Source: Andalucia godoyi And28 (taxonomy: Eukaryota; Protista; Jakobida). From it: 64,000 nucleotides of DNA. A program made the translations under genes and the position numbers. The stretch spans positions 124,001 to 188,000 of the forward strand of contig VRVR01000007.1 of assembly GCA_009859145.1 (NCBI GenBank), in the 5' to 3' direction. The notes beneath the pieces are model-generated. The model was not told where the DNA came from and searched no databases. It saw nothing but the letters and a program-made list of their open reading frames with translations. How positions within the stretch are numbered: the stretch's first letter is position 1; the number at the start of each line of letters is the position of its first letter. Positions 32,101 to 40,874 of the stretch are shown one piece after another.

Positions 32101-33007
32101 TGGAGTCTCGAAATGGCACGTGAGTCTGCTTTGGATCTGTCAGCGCCGAAATAACGTTTCCAAGGGCAGACAAGGACAAATTGATTGCTTTTGCTTCTTC
32201 AGCTTGCTTTCCAGATGCACCCGTCTTCTTCATTCTCTCGGAGCCTGCAAGATCGACCAAGGTGAGTTTGCCATACTGCACAGTCCCGTCTCCCAAAACT
32301 TCATTCTCTTGATTCTCCCTTGTGAGCCGCGTCCTCCTTTCAATCTTGATCACCAAACATGCATGACTTCTGCTTGAAGAAGCGTTAAGTTTTGTGAGCG
32401 CGACAACACGAGCCTCGTCACCCTCTCGAATCAATGCCACGCAGTCCTCAAGCGACGTCACAATCACCTCTCGAACACCCTTAATAAACACACCAGTATC
32501 CGCATCTTCTCGAATCTGTAAATTTGTCGATTCTGTATTCAGCAGATCCTGGATCATTTCCAAATAGATCTGAATGTAGCTCAGCGTCACCTTGTATTCA
32601 TACGAAGCGTTCTTTGCTCGAAAGTGATCGATTTGCTCAAAGAGGTACTGAATGGATCTGGGAATCAGCCCATACTCGCTCTCATCTAGCGAATCCATAT
32701 TCGAAAGCGTGTGCGTCTTCCCTGTTCCCGACTGTCCGTATGCAAAGCACGTGCCATTGTAACCATCCAGTGCGCCGTCGACCAAGTCCTTTGCAACACT
32801 GTTAAACACCTGGATTTGGCTAATGTTTGGTTGCAGCACTCCGTCGAATGCAAACGCCTTCTTGTCCACAGTCCTGTCCACAACCACCTCGTTGCGATCA
32901 GGAAAACACTGCACCGCAATCTCAAACCCAGCATCTTTGGTTTCTTCCGGCAGCGGAGGTCGCAGCCTCACATACACACGCAATCTGGATTTCTTCTCTT
33001 CGCTCAT
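29174..33007 (-). CDS. Kinesin with an N-terminal motor (ARK-like) and a long coiled coil
   Basis: RVYVRLRP, AYGQSGTGKT, NASSSRSH, DLAGSE, HVPFRDSKLTRLL. Confidence 0.96.
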   Translation of the reverse strand: MSEEKKSRLRVYVRLRPPLPEETKDAGFEIAVQCFPDRNEVVVDRTVDKKAFAFDGVLQPNISQIQVFNSVAKDLVDGALDGYNGTCFAYGQSGTGKTHTLSNMDSLDESEYGLIPRSIQYLFEQIDHFRAKNASYEYKVTLSYIQIYLEMIQDLLNTESTNLQIREDADTGVFIKGVREVIVTSLEDCVALIREGDEARVVALTKLNASSSRSHACLVIKIERRTRLTRENQENEVLGDGTVQYGKLTLVDLAGSERMKKTGASGKQAEEAKAINLSLSALGNVISALTDPKQTHVPFRDSKLTRLLQDSLGGNGKTSVVVTLRPDKAQMQESMSTILFGQRAMKVVTSVRKNQDVDYRALSIKLQAQVDLLNDELQRMKLEGAQQEETLASMNEAEIEAILAEHEREMRAYAEKLQLAEEQAVQDEQERTSRIADLVSQNSSLKDEVQICKRRIDGLLKDLKTLEDRQRESAVELEETTTAFQSQIQKLEQSVTSLDAEKHSLTMDLHDKNSAIRVLRADIEEARKENDAYLKEIEFNEKSLLTASAQVSSLEARFADARLEIEKTEAAKKSLESQVQNMNGDLSVTKGSLEKTKEEKRELHKQLLQLKSEIRDSEAVSQTRCDKINLLEQDLERSRSERKKLEVELHSVRQIMIMTPVSPNKPRVAPDGPSSPSKADEKDEDKPDVEGGGEGGGGGGGVAFGSNSIVQQMHSLVDSLSASRAAQSELQHTIDKLNQEIVQLKSHNRDLGLELEKQKAASESLVEFVGRMGDDVCALPVTELCNVLGDLNDPKTCTSVQWRQRIASLYPMRALSVRDSSWSLLCSLEKNTLSALEREPFREQSGNIRRTSSFGGGHKRLSSGLSELSGWSFQDADLSCPWPLRNTGRVSAADESVGCYVVDEILRNVDLRIDVLGSNHAHSKLFDYHIVESDVSEKGSHAMLQLSRSNPFVSLDAAFQTADTAAQAATAFAASDSFSGLEGEERVSRAVFGVSSVVQVLTRELATAVSRIIEYEQVFAALVPKVLYDHVRISEMEFVSRLRAVALLELSEWSRSLNFELHTVGRALRFRTQESKERSQQLQIALETGQSQQKMMQQEKETLVSEKMKLQESIEVSSAQTGRYLLKKSFVELELLFKLMSDFFLQEKSASWERFEKSVVDAAPSGKKGQAAHSGAKSESSSHHNQQQQQQQQPQQSALECSQQRLTSTSSRASQVSSGSQVQSHLKDQSLSHDLGRASFASSTNDDPAAPRLAPEADFWDEEEESEETSNPLASMG

Positions 33008-33372
33008 TCTACACCAATGAAATGCAATCCACCACCCCGCCCCCCGGACGGGTCCTCAGAATAAATAAAAACAGAAGAAAAATGAATAATAAATCAAGAT
33101 ATGAAGATTCAAAAAGAAGGAAAGAAATGGAGGAAAGAAATAAAATAATTGAGAGGAAGGAAATAATTTTAAAAATAATTGGGAAAGAAAAATAATAATC
33201 GTGGAGACACGAGTCTCCTCCGGCATTGGAAGAAGGACGGTGAAATGGAAAACACAATTCTTCCATGGACCTCGACGATGGATTCATGCAGTCTGCCAAA
33301 CGTCCTGCGGTGTTCTTTTTCTGAGGAGGGTGGTGCATTGGGGGGGGGGGCAGCACGTACTGCAAGATCAAG

Positions 33373-34377
33373 ATGATAGGCGTTGTTCATTTGGGAGCCA
33401 GAATCGAGAGCATTTGTATCCGCGACATAGACGAGTCGCTTCACAAGATCGAGATGAAATGCGTACGTATTGTGGAGAACAGCGTTTCAGACTCACTGTG
33501 CGCCGATCATGCATTTCTTGGAGATTCCACTTGTGATTTTCCGACACGAATTGTGGGCTCTTTGAGTCCTTTGAGTGCGCTTCTTGTTTGCAGAATGGTT
33601 CATCACGCATGTCACATTCCGTCACTTTTTCGCAGCGAGCATCCGCGAGAGTTCACATTTCCATGGGTCTCGTTAAAGCAGAGCATCCTAGAAAGTATAA
33701 CCTACACTACGATTCTCAAGAATGAAGATCCGCTGACTGTTTATGCATTGGCAGAGTTTTCAACGCATGGACCACAACGCGGCTGTCTTGTGAAGAGGTT
33801 CATGAATGCTTCCTTGTCCTCCACCACCGTCACTGCTTCCCACACCAAGGAGATCGACGTCGATTCGATCGACAGAGCACTTCGAGCAAAGAGCGCAGCA
33901 GAGGCCAAGGAAAAGGCAATGTTGAAACGACACTCTGTGGATTTCGTCATTGATGACAAGATGCTCAACCACGAAGATCTTCAGCGAGTCGCAACGTATC
34001 TTGGCATTCCTGTTATCCCCGAAATCTCAAAGGAGTCCCTCGAATCGGCAGTCTTCTCGGTTGAAAAAGGCACGGTCTCTCGGCACGTGCCCCGGAACCG
34101 CGAGTATCGACAAGCATTCTTATCAAAGGCCCTGTTTTGCCGATTGGCGGAAATCGCTCGTGCCAAGTCCCCTTCTCTTTCGAATGCCCTCAAAGACGTG
34201 TCTCTCCATGTTCCAGATGAAGAACTACCAGTCTCGTATGCTGCGCTCGTGGACGCAGTCTCCGCTGCAATCAACGGCGCCGTCAGCCTGCTGTTGACCG
34301 ACACGCAGATTCTGTCCTCGCGAGCGCATCGTGCAGTTTCGGGGAGTTTCGGGGGAAAAGAGGTTAGCCGCAGTTGA
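33373..34377 (+). CDS. Hypothetical protein; may be spliced onward to the downstream UBA exon
   Basis: 1-kb ORF with an ATG start and globular composition; no recognised family. Confidence 0.65.
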   Translation: MIGVVHLGARIESICIRDIDESLHKIEMKCVRIVENSVSDSLCADHAFLGDSTCDFPTRIVGSLSPLSALLVCRMVHHACHIPSLFRSEHPREFTFPWVSLKQSILESITYTTILKNEDPLTVYALAEFSTHGPQRGCLVKRFMNASLSSTTVTASHTKEIDVDSIDRALRAKSAAEAKEKAMLKRHSVDFVIDDKMLNHEDLQRVATYLGIPVIPEISKESLESAVFSVEKGTVSRHVPRNREYRQAFLSKALFCRLAEIARAKSPSLSNALKDVSLHVPDEELPVSYAALVDAVSAAINGAVSLLLTDTQILSSRAHRAVSGSFGGKEVSRS

Positions 34378-34641
34378 CGATTGACGACAATCGGCACAGC
34401 GACGATGATGAAGCAAAACTCGGGAATGTTCGCCTGATTCGTGAATCTGCCATTTTTCTTGCGAGTATAATCGTCTTTTTTTTCTCCCCCTTCCTTTCTT
34501 CTTCTTTTCTTCTCCCGAATGTCTGATTGAGTTCAGGGAAACAAGTTTACACTGGTTCTTTTGCTTGGCAGAATTTTTGCTGACGAGGGGTCATCTGCAT
34601 TTCATTTCAACTGTCTGTCTGTCTGCTTGTCTGTCAGTGTT

Positions 34642-34690
<49 letters not shown>

Positions 34691-35341
34691 GATTTTGAAG
34701 AGCAGAAACCGATGCAAAGTGCACCAACCTCACGTGGTGTGGCTGAATCAAGTTCGAATTCAAACATTGAGGCGATGCTTCGGAAATTTGAAATGGACTT
34801 TACTCTCGAAAGGACAATCTTGTCAAATCACAATGAGCGCATTCAAACAAAGGCTCGTCAGCAGCAACTGCAGCAGCAACAACAACAATTGCAACAACAG
34901 GAGCAGCAGTTCCGTGACCAACTGCTGAAGCCAACGAGTAGACCTTCGACTCCTCCTCTTCCGAAACTGTCTTCTCCTGCACCTTCGCCTCGAGGGTCGA
35001 GATCCACATCGCCAAGCAACAATTCCTCTTCCTCCTCCTCATCTTCTTCTTCGTCGTCGTCTTCTTTGTTGTTGCATACGGAACAGACACCCCATGTTCT
35101 TCCGTCCAAGTCGTTCGGAACGCTCGCAGAACCACAACATAATCCGTACAAGGAATCCGATGCAAACACATTTAGACCTGTCGAAGTGAGCTCTGTTGAA
35201 ATCGATGTGTTTAATCCATATACGGATCCACCGCAGATGAAGCAGCTTCTCGAGATGGGATTCTCCAAAAAGCAGATCCTAAAGGCAATGGAAAAGGCTG
35301 GCCCGACTGCCAACACAGATGCGTTGTTGGAATATTTGTAA
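34691..35341 (+). CDS. Terminal exon of a UBA-domain protein
   Basis: C-terminal MKQLLEMGFSKKQILKAMEKAG...ALLEYL is a UBA signature; the exon follows a (CT)n(GT)n tract ending in GCAG (acceptor at 34690). Confidence 0.8.
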   Translation, partial: DFEEQKPMQSAPTSRGVAESSSNSNIEAMLRKFEMDFTLERTILSNHNERIQTKARQQQLQQQQQQLQQQEQQFRDQLLKPTSRPSTPPLPKLSSPAPSPRGSRSTSPSNNSSSSSSSSSSSSSSLLLHTEQTPHVLPSKSFGTLAEPQHNPYKESDANTFRPVEVSSVEIDVFNPYTDPPQMKQLLEMGFSKKQILKAMEKAGPTANTDALLEYL

Positions 35342-35458
35342 CATCAAAATGGCAGATTAAAAGACGTTTACATGAAGGAAAAATATATGCATACAGAACC
35401 GGTACATATAACGCGGCGGAAAGGAAAGAAAGAGCAGAGGAGGGGAGAGACGGAGAGG

Positions 35459-36304
35459 TCATGACCTTTGCAAATCATAAAGCTTCATTGTCTTCTCTCT
35501 GAGGTCTGTGGTCAAGGTGCAATGTTCTCCGGCGTTTGTCGCAATGACCCGCAGTCCATCGAGAGCCACTGCCAGATTTCCTTCATACAGCGAAGCGACT
35601 GCGAGGTTCGCTGGATCCGGGTTGAGCTGCGACCATTCGGCAACTGTGAGCGATGACGTTCCCATTAGGATTTCCAGTTGTTGGATGGCTCTTGCTTTGG
35701 AATCCGGTGATGAGGTTGTGATTTCACGCAAATGCCACAGTGCTCGCTCAAAGTCTCCACGAGAAGTAAGTTCCGAGCCGAGAAACGCATGAATTCGATC
35801 TGACCGCAATGCACATTTCCGAACACCCGGCGCATCGAGAGTTGGACTTTGGCTGAGTACATCTATTTGCTCCCTGTTGAATCTCAGCAGCGCATAGAAT
35901 ATGGACAGTGCGCGAGAAAAGACGTTGTTCCGCCACAAGAATTGCCCATAGGAAAGATACTGTCCATACGTCGTGTCGCTCAGCGTTTCAGAAGGCTGCG
36001 TCGAGACAAATGATCCAGACTGCGCTTCCGCAATCGCAGCATACTGTGTCTCAGGAGGAGGAAGTGTAAAATGAACCTGCGGATGCAGTAACGCAGTATT
36101 ATTGTTGTGGTGGGTGTTTGCCATCGCGTCAGTTGCAGTAGATATGTGCGTGATAGGAAAAAAACATGATTCAACGAGGACTCAGACCGTCGATAGCTTC
36201 ACATGGCTCTGGTGTATTCTTCTGCAGAAAGAGAATAGCATCAATTGATGCACGGCGAATCCTTCTCCCTCGTCGATCCTTCGCGCCAAATCTGGTGGAT
36301 TCAT
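35459..36304 (-). CDS. TPR protein resembling the TRAPPC12 C-terminus. Proposed exons 36304-36188 and 36076-35459
   Basis: NLAVASLYEGNLAVAL...KLYDL resembles the last TRAPPC12 TPR. A 111-nt phase-0 intron (GTCTGA...ACTGAC...CCGCAG) would remove the in-frame TGA. Confidence 0.6.
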
Positions 36305-36374
36305 GAACCTCGGAAGGCAGACGACGCACAGATTCACACTCGCACCCACCAAGTCAATAGAGGAAAGAGTAAGA

Positions 36375-36418
36375 GAACGCGAGCGCGAACGCGAACGCGA
36401 ACGTGAACGTGAACGTGA
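36375..36418 (+). repeat. (GAACGY)n hexamer tandem repeat
   Basis: About 7 copies of GAACGC/GAACGT between the divergent TPR and TONSL genes. Confidence 0.85.
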
Positions 36419-36542
36419 AAGGGATCGATAGTTGGATGCGGGTTCAAGAAGAAAGAAGAAGAAAAAACTACAACAATAACAACAATAGTAATAATAGCAA
36501 TAACAATAATAGGAATAATAGTAGTAATAATAATACGTTGAG

Positions 36543-39500
36543 ATGACGTCTGCAAAGGATCTGGATACTTGGACAAATGCACTGCAGATCGCAGAGTCGA
36601 AAGACGACAAGGATCAAATTGCGAAGATCTGCAATCGCATTGGTCGTGCATACGCAGATCTTGGGCAGCTTGGGCTGGCTTTAAAGTTTCACAAGCGAGA
36701 CTTGAAATGCTGCGAAGAATTGGGCAATGCGGCTGGACAGGCGATTTCGCACCAGAATCTGGGAGACTGCTATCTGCAGCTGCGAGACTTTCAAAAATCC
36801 GACACTCACTATCATGCATTTCTAAATCTCACAACAATATCACACCAGAGGTCGATTGACAGAGTGCGAGCAATGATTTCATTGGGAAACTTGAATCGAG
36901 AGGAAGCAGAACACTTGTTGAATCATCCGGAAGAAGCAAACAAGAAGAAGATACCCGACAATTTGCAAAAGGCCCTCGGCTTCTATCGAGATGCATTGAG
37001 CAGCATCCCGCTGGTGACATTTAAGAGAGTCGAGGAGCGGTATTGCATAGAAGGGAGTGTTCACTCCAATATGGGCTTGGTCTATGATGCTCTGGATCAA
37101 TACGAACTTGCTGTCAAGGAAAACGGGGCCGCGCTGTTGCTTTTCACCAAGGCCAATGACGATGAAGGAATCGCACGGTGCTACGGCTTTGGTGGATCGT
37201 ATCGCATTCGTAGAGGGCTTAACAAGGAGGGCATTGAAATGCTGAAAAAGGGACTCGAGGTTGCCAGAAAGTGCAAATCCTACACTCTCGAAATGAATGC
37301 CTACAACGCGATCGGGGACGCGTATTACAAATGCCGACAATTTCATCGAGCACTGGAGTTTTTTGAAACATCTCTGCAGTTCATGAAAAGACGCTTTCGC
37401 AGCGACACCGAAGGAATCAAGGAGGTGGAGGCGAACCTGATGACTGCGAAACGGGCAGTCAGGCTCATCGCGAAGGCAACTGAAACATGCAAAAAGCCGA
37501 ATCCAACAATTGAGGAACTGTCCAGGGTCGCCGTGACGTATTTTGAGCTGGACTGCAACGCAGACTGCGTGCAGATCTGCAAGAAGCTTCTTGGCTATTC
37601 ACGGGCCCAGCAAAATAAGATGGAGGAAGCACGCGCTCTGATCTACACCGGCTGTTGCGAGGAGCAAGAAAGTATGATCAAGCGCGGATTGGAGATTCTC
37701 GACGAATATGGCAACCGACTTGCGATCCAGCATTCTGGGGCCGTGGTTCCGAAAAAAGAGGAGTCCGCAATGATGTGGCTCAGAGTTTGCGGCTGGGAGG
37801 GCATTGTGAAGATCATCACCGATGATCCCAAGAGGGAAGGCAGGAAAGAACAAAGGGACGCCGCTCAGCGAGAATTAGAGAAGTTTCGAACCATTTGGGA
37901 AGCTGTGCAAGGAGACGATGATGAAGATGATGACCTGGATGACGACGACATGGACATGGACATGGATGACTTGAACGATGCAGCAATTGCGTCTGGACCC
38001 GAAGAACATGTGCCCACAGACGCCAAACGTTCTCGAGCAGCGGAATCCGATAAACCCACTTCTTCTTTCCCGACAGGGAGCCGCAATGCTGTTGGCAGGC
38101 TGATTGACGATGATGATGAGGAGGAGGACAGCAATCCAGATTTGGTGTTTCTTGACCAGTCCTCTGACGTGGAAGCTGTCGAAGCAAATCGGACTTCATA
38201 CAAGGTTCGAAAGCCGACGGTTTCGAGGCTGTCGGATGTTGATAGCGATTCCGATGTTGGATTTGGAATCGATGATGATGATTCGAATGTGCGCATGCAG
38301 GATGTCAACAATCAGCCAGCACGCCTGGGGAATGGATTCGACGGAACGGAAATCAGAAGCCAACGCGTCCACGCTCTGCCTGTCTCGTCTTCTGTTATGG
38401 TCTCTCTTAGTCCGACAATGTCGCTGTTCCTGTCGCTGCCTTCGTCACGAGGGCCAATTACCGTGTCTGCGTTAGTCGACAAGGTTTGCCAGTATTCGCA
38501 GGAAGAATTCGGTCTGGTCCCGGCCATTCGCAGCCTGTCGTTTAATGGATCCGTTCTTCCCCATTCTTCGACGTATGTCTATGGAACGACACCGCTCTCC
38601 GCCGAAGTGGACTTTTTCACACCCGTGGATGTCCAGACGCGATTCACTTCTCTGTGTTCTCTCCGCAACCTCGCTGTGCCATCTCCTCCAGTTGTTCTGC
38701 AGGCTCCATATTTACGGATTGCAGCACAGGCTGTCCCATTCACGGATTTTCACGTTGCAGCGTTGATTGAAGCCCACGCACATGTCATGGCGAGCGTTAA
38801 AATCGTTGATCTTTCAAGGAACCCTGCGTTGACGAACGTCACACCCGCATTGTTTGCGCGAACCCCGAATTTGCAAAACTTGCAAGAGTTTCATATGTCC
38901 ATGACCAGGATTGGATTCCAGGGAGTCTCGTCCCTGGTGCGATTCCTGGAACGTTCTTCGTTATCCACGTTGCAGCGTCTCGATTTTTCTGGTTGCTCGC
39001 TCTCTGGAATATCATTTTCCATCTTCACAAGATTCCCAAGCCTTCTGTGCTTGAACATGTCCTTTTGCAGCATCTCTGTGCTGGACTGTTTCCCGATCGC
39101 GGAAGAGATCCTTCTGGAATGCAACACGATCTCTGCAATGCCATCGGCATCTGGGCCGTCGTCATTGTACCACAAATGCAGAAAACTGTCTCTTCGGAAC
39201 AATCGGCTTCGCCAAGCGGACTTGATTCGCCTGTTTTCGACATATGCGAGTCTGGAGGAACTTGACTTGTCGAGTAATTGCATCACTGGACTGGACGGTG
39301 TAGACGATCTGGAACACACCTCCCGTCTCGGGGTTCTTGATATCAGCAACAATCCCATTTCCGCTGCAGGCATGCAGCACTTGTTGACTGTCCTCGGACA
39401 CTCTCAGATGTATCTTCCTTCGCTCTCCCGTCTCAATCTCGACTCGTGCTCTATTCCATGGCGGGTTTGCTTGCAAACCATCCAGGCTGTATGCCAGCGA

Positions 39501-39740
39501 TCAAATCTGATCAGTGGGCCGCGACCATCTGCACTCCGCAATATTTCCCTGTGCTCGAACTTCAAGCATGAAGAGTCCATGTCGGACGAGGTCCGCATGC
39601 ATGTCGACCACTTGTCGAAGAGCGCCCGAGGCACCGAGGTCGACATTATTCTGTCTGACAATGGTATTCCGCCCGAGCTGACCCAGTCTTCCCGGGGTCG
39701 TCGTCTTCGCATTCATGCAACAGCTCCGGACTCCAGCTGA
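36543..39740 (+). CDS. TONSOKU/TONSL-like protein (N-terminal TPRs, acidic linker, UBL-like segment, C-terminal LRRs)
   Basis: TPRs (IGRAYADLGQLGLALKFH, AISHQNLGDCY, NMGLVY); LRRs (VDLSRNP, LSLRNNRL, LDLSSNCI, LDISNNPI). Confidence 0.82.
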   Translation: MTSAKDLDTWTNALQIAESKDDKDQIAKICNRIGRAYADLGQLGLALKFHKRDLKCCEELGNAAGQAISHQNLGDCYLQLRDFQKSDTHYHAFLNLTTISHQRSIDRVRAMISLGNLNREEAEHLLNHPEEANKKKIPDNLQKALGFYRDALSSIPLVTFKRVEERYCIEGSVHSNMGLVYDALDQYELAVKENGAALLLFTKANDDEGIARCYGFGGSYRIRRGLNKEGIEMLKKGLEVARKCKSYTLEMNAYNAIGDAYYKCRQFHRALEFFETSLQFMKRRFRSDTEGIKEVEANLMTAKRAVRLIAKATETCKKPNPTIEELSRVAVTYFELDCNADCVQICKKLLGYSRAQQNKMEEARALIYTGCCEEQESMIKRGLEILDEYGNRLAIQHSGAVVPKKEESAMMWLRVCGWEGIVKIITDDPKREGRKEQRDAAQRELEKFRTIWEAVQGDDDEDDDLDDDDMDMDMDDLNDAAIASGPEEHVPTDAKRSRAAESDKPTSSFPTGSRNAVGRLIDDDDEEEDSNPDLVFLDQSSDVEAVEANRTSYKVRKPTVSRLSDVDSDSDVGFGIDDDDSNVRMQDVNNQPARLGNGFDGTEIRSQRVHALPVSSSVMVSLSPTMSLFLSLPSSRGPITVSALVDKVCQYSQEEFGLVPAIRSLSFNGSVLPHSSTYVYGTTPLSAEVDFFTPVDVQTRFTSLCSLRNLAVPSPPVVLQAPYLRIAAQAVPFTDFHVAALIEAHAHVMASVKIVDLSRNPALTNVTPALFARTPNLQNLQEFHMSMTRIGFQGVSSLVRFLERSSLSTLQRLDFSGCSLSGISFSIFTRFPSLLCLNMSFCSISVLDCFPIAEEILLECNTISAMPSASGPSSLYHKCRKLSLRNNRLRQADLIRLFSTYASLEELDLSSNCITGLDGVDDLEHTSRLGVLDISNNPISAAGMQHLLTVLGHSQMYLPSLSRLNLDSCSIPWRVCLQTIQAVCQRSNLISGPRPSALRNISLCSNFKHEESMSDEVRMHVDHLSKSARGTEVDIILSDNGIPPELTQSSRGRRLRIHATAPDSS

Positions 39741-39826
39741 CCCGCCATTCTTCCAGACAACACAGTCCTCCTTTCTTCTTCTTCTTTTTCGTTTTTTTAT
39801 AAATTAATTTTATTTATTATTTATCT

Positions 39827-40384
39827 TTACAGAATATTGTCCTTCACAAGCCAAAGACCGTCGCCCAAATGATGAGCGTTCTCGATTGCAATTCCGGCAT
39901 TCTGTGATCGAATGTCTGCGGAACTCATCTTCATCACTCCAATCGCCAGCGGATGTTGCTTTCCTTCTGCAAACACCGCGACCACATCTCCTTCCTTCAG
40001 ATTGTCTGGAAGCATCCCACCCGCCGAGGTAAGCCCCGGACACATAATGTCTGCTCCACGAAGCACAAACTTGATTGCGCCCTGGTCCACTTGCACTCGG
40101 GTCATCAATGTTGGGTACGTAAGGAGAACCGAAAGGTGGGGAATCAGTTGGCCTTCGTCCAGCTGGAAGGCAACCGGTCGACCGTCTCCTTGGACCGCAT
40201 ATACCCGCAGAAACGGCCCGCACTTCACTTCCAGCAAAGTGGACTTCTTTGGAATAAGGTCTTCCAAAGGCTGCTCAAGCTCCGGATACAGCTCAACAAG
40301 AGACGACCGAACCCCACGAACTGCAGAGCTCTTCATCGTAACTCGCCCTGTCACATTGATCACTTTATCTGAATACGGCGGCAT
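39827..40384 (-). CDS. MCTS1: MCT-1/Tma20 translation re-initiation factor (PUA domain)
   Basis: VDQGAIKFVLRGADIMCPGLTS, AEGKQHPLAIG, HHLGDGLW; likely ATG at 40384. Confidence 0.96.
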   Translation of the reverse strand: MPPYSDKVINVTGRVTMKSSAVRGVRSSLVELYPELEQPLEDLIPKKSTLLEVKCGPFLRVYAVQGDGRPVAFQLDEGQLIPHLSVLLTYPTLMTRVQVDQGAIKFVLRGADIMCPGLTSAGGMLPDNLKEGDVVAVFAEGKQHPLAIGVMKMSSADIRSQNAGIAIENAHHLGDGLWLVKDNIL

Positions 40385-40874
40385 TCCTCTTCTTCTTCTT
40401 CTTTTCTTTTTCTTTTGTGGTCTTTCTTTTTCCACCTCCGCGCTCCGTCTTCCTTCGCTCTCTTGTTTACCAGCATTCGTGTTTTGCTTTTCTTTTCTTT
40501 TATTTGGGGGGGTGAGGGGTCTTCTTAGATGTGTCGCCTGTGTGCTGCTGTTGTGTGCGTCGAGTGTGGGGCGAGACGGTAGCATCAGTTGATGCTTTCA
40601 ATTGGTCCCCGCCTCTCTCTCTCTCTCTCACTCTCCCTGCGACTAAACGTTCTCCCAAACTCTTCTCACCGCCGGATCTGCTTTCTGGCTTGTTGGAAGG
40701 TTCCCTGGGACTCGGGTCGGAAAGGGAAAAACGGGAAAACGGGAAAACGGAAAAACGGGACGAAGAAGGTGGATAAATAGGAAGCAAACAGGGAAAACCC
40801 AAAAAACTCAGAACGATAGGTTAGGTGTGGTAGAAAGAGGCGGAGGGGAGGGCAATCGCTAAAAGGGTGGGGAA

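Noticed and set aside
36182-36184. In-frame TGA between two ORFs (selenocysteine or readthrough)
   Set aside because: Explained more simply by a 111-nt GT-AG intron with an ACTGAC branch site; no SECIS seen.
11260-36304. TRAPPC5 and the TRAPPC12-like gene as a trafficking cluster
   Set aside because: About 24 kb and ten unrelated genes apart, and the TRAPPC12 call is itself tentative.
40724-40760. (GGGAAAAC)n as an interstitial telomere repeat
   Set aside because: Only about 4 imperfect copies, not matching the common eukaryotic telomere units.
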